Shown here: positions 39,077 through 49,838 of the stretch, piece by piece | How the letters are laid out: the number at the start of each line of letters is the position of its first letter | Numbering within the stretch: the stretch's first letter is position 1 | NCBI GenBank assembly: GCA_048270185.1 | Contig: JBLWTJ010000001.1 | Span: forward strand, 1,344,001 to 1,408,000 | Length of the DNA stretch: 64,000 nt | Direction: 5' to 3' | Source of the DNA: Bacteriovoracaceae bacterium | Lineage (GTDB): Bacteria; Bdellovibrionota; Bacteriovoracia; Bacteriovoracales; Bacteriovoracaceae | Notes under the pieces: model-generated | Seen by the model: only the letters and a program-made list of their open reading frames with translations | Database searches by the model: none | What the model was told of the DNA's origin: nothing | Made by a program: the position numbers and the translations under genes

Positions 39077-39448
39077 ATGAGAAATATCCCGCTAGCACTA
39101 CTTTCAACTCTCCTTCTTACTTCATGTTTTCAAAGCTATAACATCGCTTATGACGTGGATTCGTGTGTAAAGGAAATTGATAATCGCTATGCTCACACGG
39201 GAAGAATGCCAAGCTCGATCTACCGAGTTGACGGTGTTGAAATGAATGAAAAGAGTAAAGAGCCAGAAATTAAAGTTAGCTCTTGGTCACATTCACAATG
39301 GTTCTATGAAGGTAAGAAACATCATTCTTATTTTGAGGATTCTAAATTATTCTCTTATCAATCAGTCGATTGCCCTAAGAAATTCGGCGAAGAGTATCGT
39401 CAGAAAAACCTAGGGATCGACAAGCGAATTAAAAAGATCGATATCTAA
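39077..39448 (+). CDS. Hypothetical lipoprotein
   Basis: Lipobox LLTSC. Confidence 0.7.
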   Translation: MRNIPLALLSTLLLTSCFQSYNIAYDVDSCVKEIDNRYAHTGRMPSSIYRVDGVEMNEKSKEPEIKVSSWSHSQWFYEGKKHHSYFEDSKLFSYQSVDCPKKFGEEYRQKNLGIDKRIKKIDI

Positions 39449-39462
39449 TATTATTACTTCTT

Positions 39463-41781
39463 TTATTCAATCCTTTTTAGAAGTCTATCGTAAGCTGTTT
39501 TCTTATAGCGAACTGAAATAGCTTTCCAGATATCAACAGACTTATCTTCAATAATTTCGCCTTCAACTTCTTCTTTCATATTGGCAACAGCATCCGCATT
39601 GGCCGCAAATTCATTATTCTTCTTCATAGCATAAGCTTCAGCATCATCAGCACCGAAATCAAACTTAAACTTATCGGCCTTAGGTGTATTAATATTATTA
39701 ATACCCTCTCCACCTTTTGAATCAACTGCTAAACCTTTTGCATCGTCTTCGGCCTCACCAGATTTCGCATCACCGCTTTTACCCTGATCCATCAAGTATG
39801 GAAGTGCCGACATCAGGCCACCAGTTCTTTGATTGGCCGGAACTGATTTATTTAACTTTCCAAAATTCTTCCCAAGTGAAGCTAAACGATCTTGATTCTT
39901 TTTCTTTGTAAATTTAGATGATTTTTCAAGTAGCTTCTTCAATGCCCCTGCAGCCTTCTTATTTAAAGCATTAGCTGCTTTTCCAAGATTTTCAAAGTTT
40001 GCTTGAGTTGAAGGAGAAATTGAAGATGTATCTTGAATTCCATTTGAAGCATTTATTAATGAACCAGTAATTGAATCAGGAATCTTGAAACCAGCTCCGT
40101 TTAAACTATTAACTCCATCAACGATATACTTTTCAGCACTTGGACAAGCTTTAGATCCATTATTTGTAGCAATTTTTGGAAGGCCACCAATACATTCCAT
40201 TTCGGCCCCTAGTTTTGCTGCTTGGTAACCCGAAAAACGAGTAGTCTTCTTAGACATTGTTTTTGACTCAGTAGTAGTTACAGAACCAGCAGACTTAAAC
40301 TTCTTAATAATTGCATCAATTTTATCTATATTATCTTGGATCGTATCAGCTTCTTCTTTCTTTGCACTAGCAGATAAAAGAGCCGTTGCACCAAAGCCTC
40401 CCCATAACCATGCACGGTTGTTACTCGAAAGCATAAAGTTGGACATTCCCGCACCAACTGAAATCATATGTGGAGCAATTAACCCTACTAACACAGCAAG
40501 TGTATTTCCCATTGAGGCATGGGCCTTACCGAAAAATAGGTCTAAAACTTTTGCATAGAATCCAGCTTTAATCATTTTTGGAGTAAAGTTATTATCGCCA
40601 ACGATGGCGATCTGAGGATCTTGAGAACCTGTATCTTTCTTATTTAAACCTAAGTAAGCTGAACACTCTGTCACCATTGTCCCAAGAGCAGTATCAACTC
40701 TTCCTTTTTCAGTTGTCACAGTCATTAGCTGTGTCGAAGTTGCTCCCATTGAACTCGAAGTGTTTCTAGTACAAGCACCAATAGCAGCAATTCCTTTACC
40801 TTCTAACTTCAGACCACAAGCCTTTTCTTTTGTAGCTTCAGTCATCATTGCGGTAAGTAGTGATGGATAAACAGTTGAGGATGGAGCTGGAGTGCTCTTA
40901 ACAACTTCCATCTGTTCAATATTTGGAATAGAAATAGCACACTCAGCACCTTCTTTAACAATATCAGGAGCAATTTCAACTCCACATGCAGCAGCTGCTG
41001 CAGCAAGCTCAGTAGCTGCAAGCTGTACATTTCCTAATGAGAGCGTACAAAGCTGAGCAGCTGTTAAAGCAGTATTAGCATTAACGACAGCGAGAATTGA
41101 TGCTATTGCAAAAGCTGCACTAGCAGCATATTCAAACTTTGCCTTTTTCTCAGTTGTATCTTTTAATTCTTCAAGAGCAGACTTTTCTTCTTCAAGCATT
41201 TGCTTTTGAGAAATATCAACTTGTCCGTCTTCCCCTAGTCCTTCATATTCAATTTTAGATTTACGATCCTTAAAAGATTCAGTCTGACTAAAAGCAGACA
41301 TCAACTCATTCACAAGTAAGATACCACCAGCAACGGCAGCTACCATTACATCCCCAGGACGAGTTGGTTTAAAGTAAATCCAAATACGAGATAATACATA
41401 AGCAATTGCAAGCATAATAACTGGAGCCAAGACTTCGTTATTAAAGATTCCGAGAAGACCTCCGCCCCCTTCATCTTTTGTGTAAGTTCCACTCATCTCT
41501 TTTCTTTTTTCTCTAACATTAGCATTATCTGAATCTTGAGCATTTTGAAGTTCGAACTTTCCGTCACCCGACATTCTTTTACCATCATCACTAGTTTCTT
41601 CTTGGTTAGATCCACCAGCTCTTTCGTCCTCTCTTTCTTCACCATCTTGTTGAGACGCATAGGCTTGCTGTGCAGAGATATTCACTCGCGCTTGTTCGAC
41701 ATTGATGGCAACGTTGAGATTGATCATCGTAAAGACGATGGCCAAAGTGAAAAATTTGTTTAGTAAGCTTAAATGCTTCAT
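39463..41781 (-). CDS. Large exported/membrane hypothetical protein
   Basis: 772 aa; signal-like N-terminus, Ala/Gly-rich hydrophobic hairpins, Cys-rich centre, C-terminal IWKAISVRY. Confidence 0.75.
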   Translation of the reverse strand: MKHLSLLNKFFTLAIVFTMINLNVAINVEQARVNISAQQAYASQQDGEEREDERAGGSNQEETSDDGKRMSGDGKFELQNAQDSDNANVREKRKEMSGTYTKDEGGGGLLGIFNNEVLAPVIMLAIAYVLSRIWIYFKPTRPGDVMVAAVAGGILLVNELMSAFSQTESFKDRKSKIEYEGLGEDGQVDISQKQMLEEEKSALEELKDTTEKKAKFEYAASAAFAIASILAVVNANTALTAAQLCTLSLGNVQLAATELAAAAAACGVEIAPDIVKEGAECAISIPNIEQMEVVKSTPAPSSTVYPSLLTAMMTEATKEKACGLKLEGKGIAAIGACTRNTSSSMGATSTQLMTVTTEKGRVDTALGTMVTECSAYLGLNKKDTGSQDPQIAIVGDNNFTPKMIKAGFYAKVLDLFFGKAHASMGNTLAVLVGLIAPHMISVGAGMSNFMLSSNNRAWLWGGFGATALLSASAKKEEADTIQDNIDKIDAIIKKFKSAGSVTTTESKTMSKKTTRFSGYQAAKLGAEMECIGGLPKIATNNGSKACPSAEKYIVDGVNSLNGAGFKIPDSITGSLINASNGIQDTSSISPSTQANFENLGKAANALNKKAAGALKKLLEKSSKFTKKKNQDRLASLGKNFGKLNKSVPANQRTGGLMSALPYLMDQGKSGDAKSGEAEDDAKGLAVDSKGGEGINNINTPKADKFKFDFGADDAEAYAMKKNNEFAANADAVANMKEEVEGEIIEDKSVDIWKAISVRYKKTAYDRLLKRIE

Positions 41782-41907
41782 AGATCCCTCTTTATTTAAA
41801 TACTATTTTATTATAGTCGTAATAAGAGACCTAAAAAAGCCGGAATGAATGTATATATTCAATGATTTCAGGAGGATACAGTCATTCGTGACCGCCAATT
41901 ATTTGGG

Positions 41908-42639
41908 TTATTTGAGAATAAAAGAGCGGTTTTTCTTCTCGCGAACTAAGGCCACTCGCTGCTTGTCCATCTTGCGTCCTCGATAACTTGGAACATTTGG
42001 ATCTGATGCAATATCAATCTGTTTTTGAATCATCGCCTTAAAAGCGTTAATCATAGAATCTTCACTACCACTAAGCTCTTCCACACCAAATTTTCCAAGC
42101 TCCTTAATAAGAACATGAACTGACTCGACTGTTGAGAGGGCCTGCTTATGAGGTTGGTGCTTAATAAGAAATGCCGATTCCTTATCTGAAGAGAAAGAGA
42201 TTCTTGGAAGTGTGTTTATATTATTTGATAACTTCATCATCTTCTTAGCACATGGCCAAGTTCCATCAATGACAAAGATCAGCGGTCTTTTTCCTTTTAA
42301 AATTTCAATGTCATTTTCAGTTGGATCAGAAATATTTAATGCATCTTCTCCTGGATATAAGACCATTGGATAGAATTCATCACTTGCAAGTAATTCATTG
42401 ACTCTCTTGTGTTCAGTAAAATCAATTCCCATTAGTAACTCACTCTCAACTAAGGCCGTATGAGTGATACGTCCGGTTCCAAGCTTTTCTTTCTTGGCTT
42501 CCATTGGGTGAATTAAAATGATGAATTTTGTGCGAAGAGAAGTCTCTTTAATATGAGAACAAACACAGAGGTGCTCAGGTCTTGAGCACCCCATGCACTT
42601 AGCACGATATGTATTTGTATCTTTTAAATCTTTAAGCAT
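41908..42639 (-). CDS. DTW-domain tRNA-uridine aminocarboxypropyltransferase (TapT-like)
   Basis: CMGC...CVC, HPME, GTG, LYP, IDGTW, LSTVE. Confidence 0.88.
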   Translation of the reverse strand: MLKDLKDTNTYRAKCMGCSRPEHLCVCSHIKETSLRTKFIILIHPMEAKKEKLGTGRITHTALVESELLMGIDFTEHKRVNELLASDEFYPMVLYPGEDALNISDPTENDIEILKGKRPLIFVIDGTWPCAKKMMKLSNNINTLPRISFSSDKESAFLIKHQPHKQALSTVESVHVLIKELGKFGVEELSGSEDSMINAFKAMIQKQIDIASDPNVPSYRGRKMDKQRVALVREKKNRSFILK

Positions 42640-42974
42640 TATTTAATTACTTTATCCCATTCGTCTTGAGCAAAGCCTCTTAGAGTACTCTTACCTTTTT
42701 CAAGAATAGGTCTTTTAATTGCTGATGAATTTTCGATCAGTAGAGATATTTGTTGAGTTTTAGTTGCTCCTTCAAATTCCTCTTTAATTTTTCTAAAAGT
42801 TGGCCCTCTCTTATTGGCCGGAAGCTCACCAAAAGCGGCATCCCATCTTTTTAGATCATCCTTTGTTGGAGGAGTCTTTTTAAAATCAACGAAGTCATAG
42901 CTAACACCCTTTGCATCAAGGTATTTCAAAGCTTTCTTAACAGTGTCACAATTTTTAATTCCGTATACTTTCAT
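42639..42974 (-). CDS. ArsC/Spx family (YffB-like) protein
   Basis: YGIKNCDTVKKA, IKRPIL. Confidence 0.9.
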   Translation of the reverse strand: MKVYGIKNCDTVKKALKYLDAKGVSYDFVDFKKTPPTKDDLKRWDAAFGELPANKRGPTFRKIKEEFEGATKTQQISLLIENSSAIKRPILEKGKSTLRGFAQDEWDKVIK

Positions 42975-43612
42975 TAAATATCCTTTTTTAAAATAACAAC
43001 TTGGCGACTTACGATTTCTAAAGTTGCATTTAGCTCTTTAGCAATATAACTAAAGACATCTTCGTTGTAAAAACCGACGTGAGTTTCATCACGAAGATAC
43101 CACCAATTCATAAATTGTTCTTTATCTTGTGGAATAAAATAAGTCATCACACCGAGATATCCACCAGGCTTAACTAAGTCCCAGCACTTCTTAATATCAA
43201 TTCTTGGTTGATAAAAATGTTCCCAAACTTCTGTGGAAGTAACAAAGTCGTACTGATTTTCTAGCAGCTGCGGTTTGTTAGCATAGTAAATATCATAATC
43301 TGACATGATATGACCGCGCTTCTTCATTTCCTTAGAGATGGTCGGGCCCGGCCCACAACCAAAATCAAGTCCGTAACTCTCAGGCGCAAGTTTTTCGCTT
43401 AAAGGTAGTAACAGACGATTTAAGAAGTCGATATAACCTTGATCCTCACTATCATTATTGTGAGTATCATAGCGACTCTTCTCGACACTACTGTCTAAGA
43501 GTTTACTTCGATCTTTAAAAACATAGGAACAAGTCTTACACTCGAAGTAGTCACTTCCAAGAGTGTGAGCATAAAGTTCAATGGAGTTTTTAGTACATAG
43601 TGGGCAATCCAT
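42974..43612 (-). CDS. Class I SAM methyltransferase with N-terminal Zn ribbon
   Basis: CPLC...CKTC, HNN, LDFGCGPG, EVWEH, WWYLRDETH. Confidence 0.85.
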   Translation of the reverse strand: MDCPLCTKNSIELYAHTLGSDYFECKTCSYVFKDRSKLLDSSVEKSRYDTHNNDSEDQGYIDFLNRLLLPLSEKLAPESYGLDFGCGPGPTISKEMKKRGHIMSDYDIYYANKPQLLENQYDFVTSTEVWEHFYQPRIDIKKCWDLVKPGGYLGVMTYFIPQDKEQFMNWWYLRDETHVGFYNEDVFSYIAKELNATLEIVSRQVVILKKDI

Positions 43613-43624
43613 GAAGTATTTTTA

Positions 43625-44260
43625 TTACATCATCGAATCATTGAAAAGCTCTTTTAGCCTTTTAAATCCATACTTTTTGAAGTTTTTCTTCATCGATTTC
43701 GATAACTTTTGATTGGCCAAAGAATTGAATGTTTTAACAAGCATATAGGCCATAACACCACCTTCACTACTGGCATTATAAGCAGCGATAGTTACAAGGT
43801 CGGCTTTTGAAGTTTTGAGTAATCTTATCTTTTGATAGGCACCACTTGATGTATCACAAAGACTAGGATTACTTACGACATTATTAGTTCGACAAACACT
43901 TGGTCGATCACTGTAGACACGACAAGCGCCTTTATCATCGAGAAAGATACATCCTCTATCTTGATATGCTAGCTTTAACCAATCCACGTTATCATTCATC
44001 ACCTTAGCTTGCTTCTCAAGCCTTTCCATATCGATCTTCACACCATCTTCTAGAAGACGCGTTACAAGTAATTGAGCTTCATCTGAATTAACTGAGACTT
44101 GCGTATGGCAACAGGCACTACAACCTTTTCTACAGCTGATGAGTTTGGCAGTTTCCTCTTCGGTTGTAATTTCACTTACATATTGATCTACGAGAGAATT
44201 AGAAAATTGGGCCCTTTCGACGGGGTCTTTATAGCGCTGAATTTTTGTCATGATGGCCAC
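43625..44260 (-). CDS. YkgJ family Cys-cluster (zinc/iron-chelating) protein
   Basis: CRKGCSACC, CIFL, CRVYSDRPSVCR. Confidence 0.85.
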   Translation of the reverse strand: MAIMTKIQRYKDPVERAQFSNSLVDQYVSEITTEEETAKLISCRKGCSACCHTQVSVNSDEAQLLVTRLLEDGVKIDMERLEKQAKVMNDNVDWLKLAYQDRGCIFLDDKGACRVYSDRPSVCRTNNVVSNPSLCDTSSGAYQKIRLLKTSKADLVTIAAYNASSEGGVMAYMLVKTFNSLANQKLSKSMKKNFKKYGFKRLKELFNDSMM

Positions 44261-44472
44261 ATAGAAATCTCTAAACGCAATTTCTTGAGAAAACTTCTTA
44301 AACGTCTCTAGAGCTCTTTGTGGATAATTCAGCTTGACCTCCTAGTCGTCGCTAAATAGTTAATTCTAGTATACCTGATTGATGGGGACTACTTTGTAAA
44401 TCGGCAATAAAGTTCATTTATGAACGATTAGTAATAATAAATTGTTGGCAAAAATCATAAAAAGGTGTAAAT

Positions 44473-44506
44473 TTCAAACAACTGTTTGAATCAAACAAGT
44501 GTTTGA
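44473..44506 (+). promoter_or_regulatory. Tandem palindromic operator, probably the TetR site
   Basis: TTCAAACA-AC-TGTTTGAA directly followed by TCAAACA-AG-TGTTTGA, just before the tolC RBS. Confidence 0.75.
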
Positions 44507-44520
44507 AAACTAGGAGTATT

Positions 44521-46005
44521 ATGAATACATTAAGGTACTTACGCCAAGGAATACTTAATTATTTCCTTATGGTACTAGCATTTGCACCATTTACGTCTTA
44601 TGCAAAAACAATCACGTTAACAGAACAGACCCTAATTAATTGGGCCATGCAAGAGAACTTTAATAAGCTTAAAATCTCTCTTGAAGAATTAGCGACTAAG
44701 CAGCAACGAGCAAAATTTGATGAGAATTTTGGACTTAAGTTCAACGCTTCTGCAAATTATCAAGAAACAAAGGAAAAATCGTTCGCGACCTTTATTCCTG
44801 TTAACTCACCTCTATCTGATTACCAAATGAAGTTGAGCCAGAATACAAAGTACGGTCTCTCATATGGAATTAAGGCCGGTGCCAATCAGTATACAAATAG
44901 TATTTTTACTGACGGAACGACGGCGACTGTAGATGCTGAGCTTGCCCTTGATCTTTATAAAGACTTCTTAGGTTCAACTTCTAGGGCCCAAGATGCAAGT
45001 CTTATGGTTCAAGAGGAAATTGCAAAGAGACAAAGAGAAATTTCTGAACATACTTTCGTTCAAGAAGTGAGAAAGCTTTATTGGCAAATTGTAGCTAATA
45101 ATGAAAGAAGAAAAATCGCTCAGGCACTTCTAGATACAACTAAGAAACTGGAAAAGGATACTCGTAAGAGATTCAAAAGTAATGTTGCCGACCGTGGTGA
45201 CCTGGCCCGTATTAACTCTCAGGTTGAAGAAAGAAATGGTCAGCTCTATTTTTTAGATTTTGAAAAGAATGAATTATTTAAAACTTTAAAATCTTTATTT
45301 CCTGAAAAGTTAGGTGGTAATGATATCAAACTAGCTCCTTATGATCTTGATGATACTGTAAAAGAAGTAATGAGCTGTACTCAACAAATTGCCACTCATC
45401 TAAAGTCACTGCCTTTAGAGTATACAGAATACGATGAAATCTTAGGGCTACTACAAAAAGACCTTGAGCTTTCAAAAAAGGTTAATGATAACTACAATAA
45501 ATCAGATCTAAAGCTAATTGGTTCATTTGGACTAGTAGGAAAAGATTATAGCTATTCAAATAGTATTGATGAACTTAAAGATAGTGGAGATACAAGATTT
45601 GCTGTCGGCCTCCAGTGGACTGTTCCACTAGGCGGAGAGACTGAGAAAACTAGGGCCATTCAAGATCGTATCCTAAAAAGACAAAACTTAGCTCAGGCTC
45701 AAGAAGTTAAAGGGAAGCTCGATGCATTCCATTCTCAAACTCTTCGATCAGTTTTTGTCCTCCAAAATGTAATTAAGGCGCAAGAACGAAATGCTAAGTA
45801 TCTTCGTGCTACTTTAAAGGACACTAAGAAAAAATTCCAACAAGCACGTCTTTCTTCTCAAGACCTACTAATAGATACAAACCAACTTCTTAATTCAAAC
45901 TTAAATGAAGTTAGTACAAAATACCAAGTTATTGAAACAATCATTAATTACTTTACTGTATTTAACCAGACTCCTTGTCAGTTAAATAAGAGAGCACAAC
46001 TATGA
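44521..46005 (+). CDS. TolC family outer-membrane efflux protein
   Basis: AGGAG SD, signal peptide, OEP-type helical repeats, GLQWTVPLG; overlaps the RND start. Confidence 0.85.
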   Translation: MNTLRYLRQGILNYFLMVLAFAPFTSYAKTITLTEQTLINWAMQENFNKLKISLEELATKQQRAKFDENFGLKFNASANYQETKEKSFATFIPVNSPLSDYQMKLSQNTKYGLSYGIKAGANQYTNSIFTDGTTATVDAELALDLYKDFLGSTSRAQDASLMVQEEIAKRQREISEHTFVQEVRKLYWQIVANNERRKIAQALLDTTKKLEKDTRKRFKSNVADRGDLARINSQVEERNGQLYFLDFEKNELFKTLKSLFPEKLGGNDIKLAPYDLDDTVKEVMSCTQQIATHLKSLPLEYTEYDEILGLLQKDLELSKKVNDNYNKSDLKLIGSFGLVGKDYSYSNSIDELKDSGDTRFAVGLQWTVPLGGETEKTRAIQDRILKRQNLAQAQEVKGKLDAFHSQTLRSVFVLQNVIKAQERNAKYLRATLKDTKKKFQQARLSSQDLLIDTNQLLNSNLNEVSTKYQVIETIINYFTVFNQTPCQLNKRAQL

Positions 46006-49000
46006 GCAATATTTCAAAGTTCTTTATCGAGAACCATAAATTTACAATTGTTGTTACCTTCTTTCTCTTAATCTACGGATTAATGGGACTTAATAAGATG
46101 ACAGCAGAATCTTATCCTACAGTATCATTTGCCACTGCTATCGTTACTACTGTTTATGATGGTGCTTCGGCCAATGATATTGAAATTAAAATTACAAAAC
46201 CAATTGAAGATGAGATTAGAACTGTCTCAGGGGTAAAAGATGTTAAATCAACTTCTCAGGCAGGCCTTTCTAAAATTGTAATTCGTGTCGACATGGACAA
46301 TGTTGATAGCGTTGATGATGTAATGAGTGATCTTCAAAAAGCAGTCGATCGAGTATCTGATCTACCAACAGACCTTCAAGATGCTCCTCTCTTTCAAGAG
46401 ATTAACTCAGAGGAAATTCCTGTTTATCAAATAGCTCTCGTTGGTCCAAACACTATTCGTGAACGAGATGCACTTGCAGATATCTTAAAGGAAGATATCG
46501 AAGATATCAAAGCAGTTAAAGGCGTTACACTAGATGGTTTTGCTAAGAGAAAATTTGAAATTATTCTCGATCTAAAAAAGCTTGAACGTGAGCATATAGG
46601 GATTGATGAGGTTTTAAATAAGTTACGTCTAAGAAATGTTAATATTCCAGGTGGAACACTTAAGACTGATGAAAGCCAAAAACTAGTTAGAATTGAGGCC
46701 AAGGTAAAAGATGTAAGTGAATTACAAAATATCCTAATTCGCTCAAATTTCTCGGGATCAAATATCTTCTTAAAAGATGTTGCTCAAGTAATTGACGGAA
46801 AAGAAGAGAGGAAAGTAATTACTTCGTACAATGGTGAAGAAGCAACACTTATTACTATTTCTAAAAAATCAGGTGAAGACACGATTGCAATGGTGGAAGA
46901 TATCAAGGCCCACCTTGAAAAGTTTAAAGATCGACACCCGAATTACAAATTCTTCGTCTATAATAACGAAGAGATTAAAGTTGTTAATAAACTTGAAGTT
47001 CTTGCTTCTAATGCAGTTTCAGGGCTATTACTAGTTATCTTCTTCCTATTTATCTTCTTACCAGGACGAATCGGTTTACTAGCAAGTTTATCACTTCCTC
47101 TTGCCGTTTTTGGAACAATTGGGTTTATGCCAGACTATGGGCTAACACTCAACGCCATGACTGTTCTGGCCCTTGTTATTGCACTTGGTATGCTTGTTGA
47201 TAACAGCGTTGTTATCAGTGAGAACTTTACACGTCTTATGAACGAGGAAGGACAAGGAGCAAAAGAAGCTGCTTTAAATAGTGTAAAATCATTATGGTTA
47301 CCGATTACAGGTACAGCGATGACGACAATTGCAGCCTTTATTCCAATGTTAGTAACAAAAGGGATTATGGGACAATTTATTATGGCCATACCTATCATTG
47401 TTACAGCTTCATTAATTCTATCTCTAGTCGAATCATTCTTCTTATTACCGATGAGACTTGCAAAATATTCAGGTTCAGCAAAGAAGACAGGAACAGAGAA
47501 GAAAGAAGACTGGTTTGTTAAGTTTCAATCGAAGTTTGAAGTCATCATGACAAAAGCTGTAAAACATCGTTACATCTCAGTATTCTTTTTTACTTCAATT
47601 ATTATAGGTTCTCTTGTCTTTATGGCGGTCGGAAATAAATTCATTCTCTTCCCTGCTGATCAAACAGAAGTGTATCTGACACGTTTTGAAGCAAAACGTG
47701 GAACTCCTGTTGAAGAAACAGAAAAGTATATGCTTAAAGTAAGTAATCTAATTAAAGAAAAAATTGGTGATCAAGCTAAGCATATTGTCGGTTTTGCAGG
47801 TAAAGCTGCGATTGGTTTCTCTGACCCGAAAGATAAAGAAGGAAATAGTGTTGGTATTATTTTCATTTATGTTAATGACTACGCCAAATTTAATATTGCT
47901 GAAACAGAAATGTTAAAAAAGCTTAGAGAAATAAAAGTTCCAGAGCTTCAGTCTCTAACATTTGAGTCACAAGTTAACGGACCTCCAGTTGGTGAAGCGA
48001 TTCAAGGAACATTCCGTTCAAATAGTTTTGAAGACCTAGATAATATCATTGCTGATATTTCTGCTGAACTAGGACAAGTCAAAGGTGTTCTGGATCTTAA
48101 GTCAGATGATGTTTATGGAGATGAAGAAGTTTACCTTGATATTGACTATGTTAAAGCAGATCAATTGGGTGTTTCGGCTTCACAAATAGGAACTGCTGTA
48201 AGAGCAGCTATTGCAGGGAGTATTGCAAGCACAGTTACTCTTGATAACAAAGATGTTGACTTAGAAGTAAGGTTTAAGAAATCTTTAAGAGGTAAGCCAA
48301 ATGATATCCTAAATATTCAGATAATGGATAATCGCGGAAATCTTATTCCACTTAGAGCTGTCGCCAAAATCCGTCAAGAGAATGGTACACCAAATGTTAA
48401 GAGATATGACTTTAAACGATCGAAAACTCTTATCGGCTCTGTTGATAATATAAATGCTACTTCTGCAACGGCAAACGCAAAACTTAAACAGATTTTCAAT
48501 AAGATTTCGAGCAAGTATCCTTCTGTCTCACTTCGTTTTGGAGGGGCCGCAGAAAGTACAAAAGAGTCCCTTGAGTCACTTGCTCAAGCAGGTGTCCTGG
48601 CAATCATTGCAATCTTTGCAATTCTTGTTTTCTTATTTAAGAGTTTCTTACGTCCAATGATTATTATGATGACGATTCCACTTGGCTTTATTGGTTTTTC
48701 AATAGCTTTTGCGACGCCAATTCTAAGTGGTTACCCTGATCGTTCACGTCCAATCAGCTTCCTTGCCCTTATCGGAATTATTGGTCTAGCTGGTATTATC
48801 GTAAACTCAGGGATTGTTCTTATTAGTTTCATTGATGAACTCAGAGCAGAAGGAAAGCTTTCTCTTGATGAAATTCTAGTTAAAGCCTCTGGTCTAAGAC
48901 TTAGAGCAGTACTAGTAACGTCGCTAACAACTGTATCAGGCCTTCTTCCGACGGCATATGGAATTGGTGGCTCAGATGCCATGCTTGTGCCAATGACAAT

Positions 49001-49199
49001 GTCGATGGCATGGGGATTAACATCAGGTACAATTATGACTCTTATCTTTATTCCATGTGCTTATGCCATCATTGAAGATGTTGTTAATTTCACTGATCGT
49101 ATGATTGCAAAGATCACGGGAAAAGAAGTAAAGAAAGATGAGGATGCTAACATTCTTTCAACTGAAAAAGTGGTTGAGAGTAAAGAGGTGGAAGCTTAA
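46002..49199 (+). CDS. RND efflux permease (AcrB/AcrD/AcrF family)
   Basis: 1065 aa; GMLVDNSVVISEN, GIIVNSGIVLI, RLRAVLVTSLTT. Confidence 0.93.
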   Translation: MSNISKFFIENHKFTIVVTFFLLIYGLMGLNKMTAESYPTVSFATAIVTTVYDGASANDIEIKITKPIEDEIRTVSGVKDVKSTSQAGLSKIVIRVDMDNVDSVDDVMSDLQKAVDRVSDLPTDLQDAPLFQEINSEEIPVYQIALVGPNTIRERDALADILKEDIEDIKAVKGVTLDGFAKRKFEIILDLKKLEREHIGIDEVLNKLRLRNVNIPGGTLKTDESQKLVRIEAKVKDVSELQNILIRSNFSGSNIFLKDVAQVIDGKEERKVITSYNGEEATLITISKKSGEDTIAMVEDIKAHLEKFKDRHPNYKFFVYNNEEIKVVNKLEVLASNAVSGLLLVIFFLFIFLPGRIGLLASLSLPLAVFGTIGFMPDYGLTLNAMTVLALVIALGMLVDNSVVISENFTRLMNEEGQGAKEAALNSVKSLWLPITGTAMTTIAAFIPMLVTKGIMGQFIMAIPIIVTASLILSLVESFFLLPMRLAKYSGSAKKTGTEKKEDWFVKFQSKFEVIMTKAVKHRYISVFFFTSIIIGSLVFMAVGNKFILFPADQTEVYLTRFEAKRGTPVEETEKYMLKVSNLIKEKIGDQAKHIVGFAGKAAIGFSDPKDKEGNSVGIIFIYVNDYAKFNIAETEMLKKLREIKVPELQSLTFESQVNGPPVGEAIQGTFRSNSFEDLDNIIADISAELGQVKGVLDLKSDDVYGDEEVYLDIDYVKADQLGVSASQIGTAVRAAIAGSIASTVTLDNKDVDLEVRFKKSLRGKPNDILNIQIMDNRGNLIPLRAVAKIRQENGTPNVKRYDFKRSKTLIGSVDNINATSATANAKLKQIFNKISSKYPSVSLRFGGAAESTKESLESLAQAGVLAIIAIFAILVFLFKSFLRPMIIMMTIPLGFIGFSIAFATPILSGYPDRSRPISFLALIGIIGLAGIIVNSGIVLISFIDELRAEGKLSLDEILVKASGLRLRAVLVTSLTTVSGLLPTAYGIGGSDAMLVPMTMSMAWGLTSGTIMTLIFIPCAYAIIEDVVNFTDRMIAKITGKEVKKDEDANILSTEKVVESKEVEA

Positions 49200-49828
49200 T
49201 GAACAATCTTTCAACAAAAGAATTAATTATTCAAACCGCAAGTCGTCTTTTTGGCGACAGCGGTTATGATAATACTTCAATTAGAGATATAGCTAAACTT
49301 GCTGACGTCAATATCTCAGCTGTTAATTATCACTTTAGTTCTAAGGCCAAGCTCTACTCTGAGGTTCTCAATTACAATGTTTTAAAACTTAGAGAGCATG
49401 TTCATGGTTTGGCAAAGACCGGAATTTCAACATCTGACTTTGCCGTTGAGATTTATAAGCATTTTATTGACCAGAAGGATACCTTCTCAAATTCAATGCG
49501 TTTATTTCTTTTAAATAATTTACCATTAGATGAAACGATCATCCCACAAGTATGCCTGGAAGAGCCGAAAGGACCTCCAGGAACACCGGCCTTAATGGAA
49601 ATCATTAAAACGGAAATCAATTATCAGGGAGATGAAGATAATCTTATATGGGCGGCTAGAAATATTCTCCACAACGTTATCATGATTGCCCTCGTCACTC
49701 AGTCTTCTTTTATTACAATTATGAAGCAGACTGTGTGTAACTTTTCTGAAGAGGAAAAAATTGATTCAATCAGAAGAAATGTTCAATCAACTTTAAATTT
49801 TATCAGATCAAACCGATCAGACACATAG
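49199..49828 (+). CDS. TetR/AcrR family regulator
   Basis: LFGDSGYDNTSIRDIAKLADVNISAVNYHFSSK HTH. Confidence 0.92.
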   Translation: MNNLSTKELIIQTASRLFGDSGYDNTSIRDIAKLADVNISAVNYHFSSKAKLYSEVLNYNVLKLREHVHGLAKTGISTSDFAVEIYKHFIDQKDTFSNSMRLFLLNNLPLDETIIPQVCLEEPKGPPGTPALMEIIKTEINYQGDEDNLIWAARNILHNVIMIALVTQSSFITIMKQTVCNFSEEEKIDSIRRNVQSTLNFIRSNRSDT

Positions 49829-49838
49829 AGGGAATTCT

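Noticed and set aside
38333..41781. Genomic island at tRNA-Arg
   Set aside because: The first downstream gene looks AT-rich, but I found no integrase and no repeat of the tRNA 3' end.
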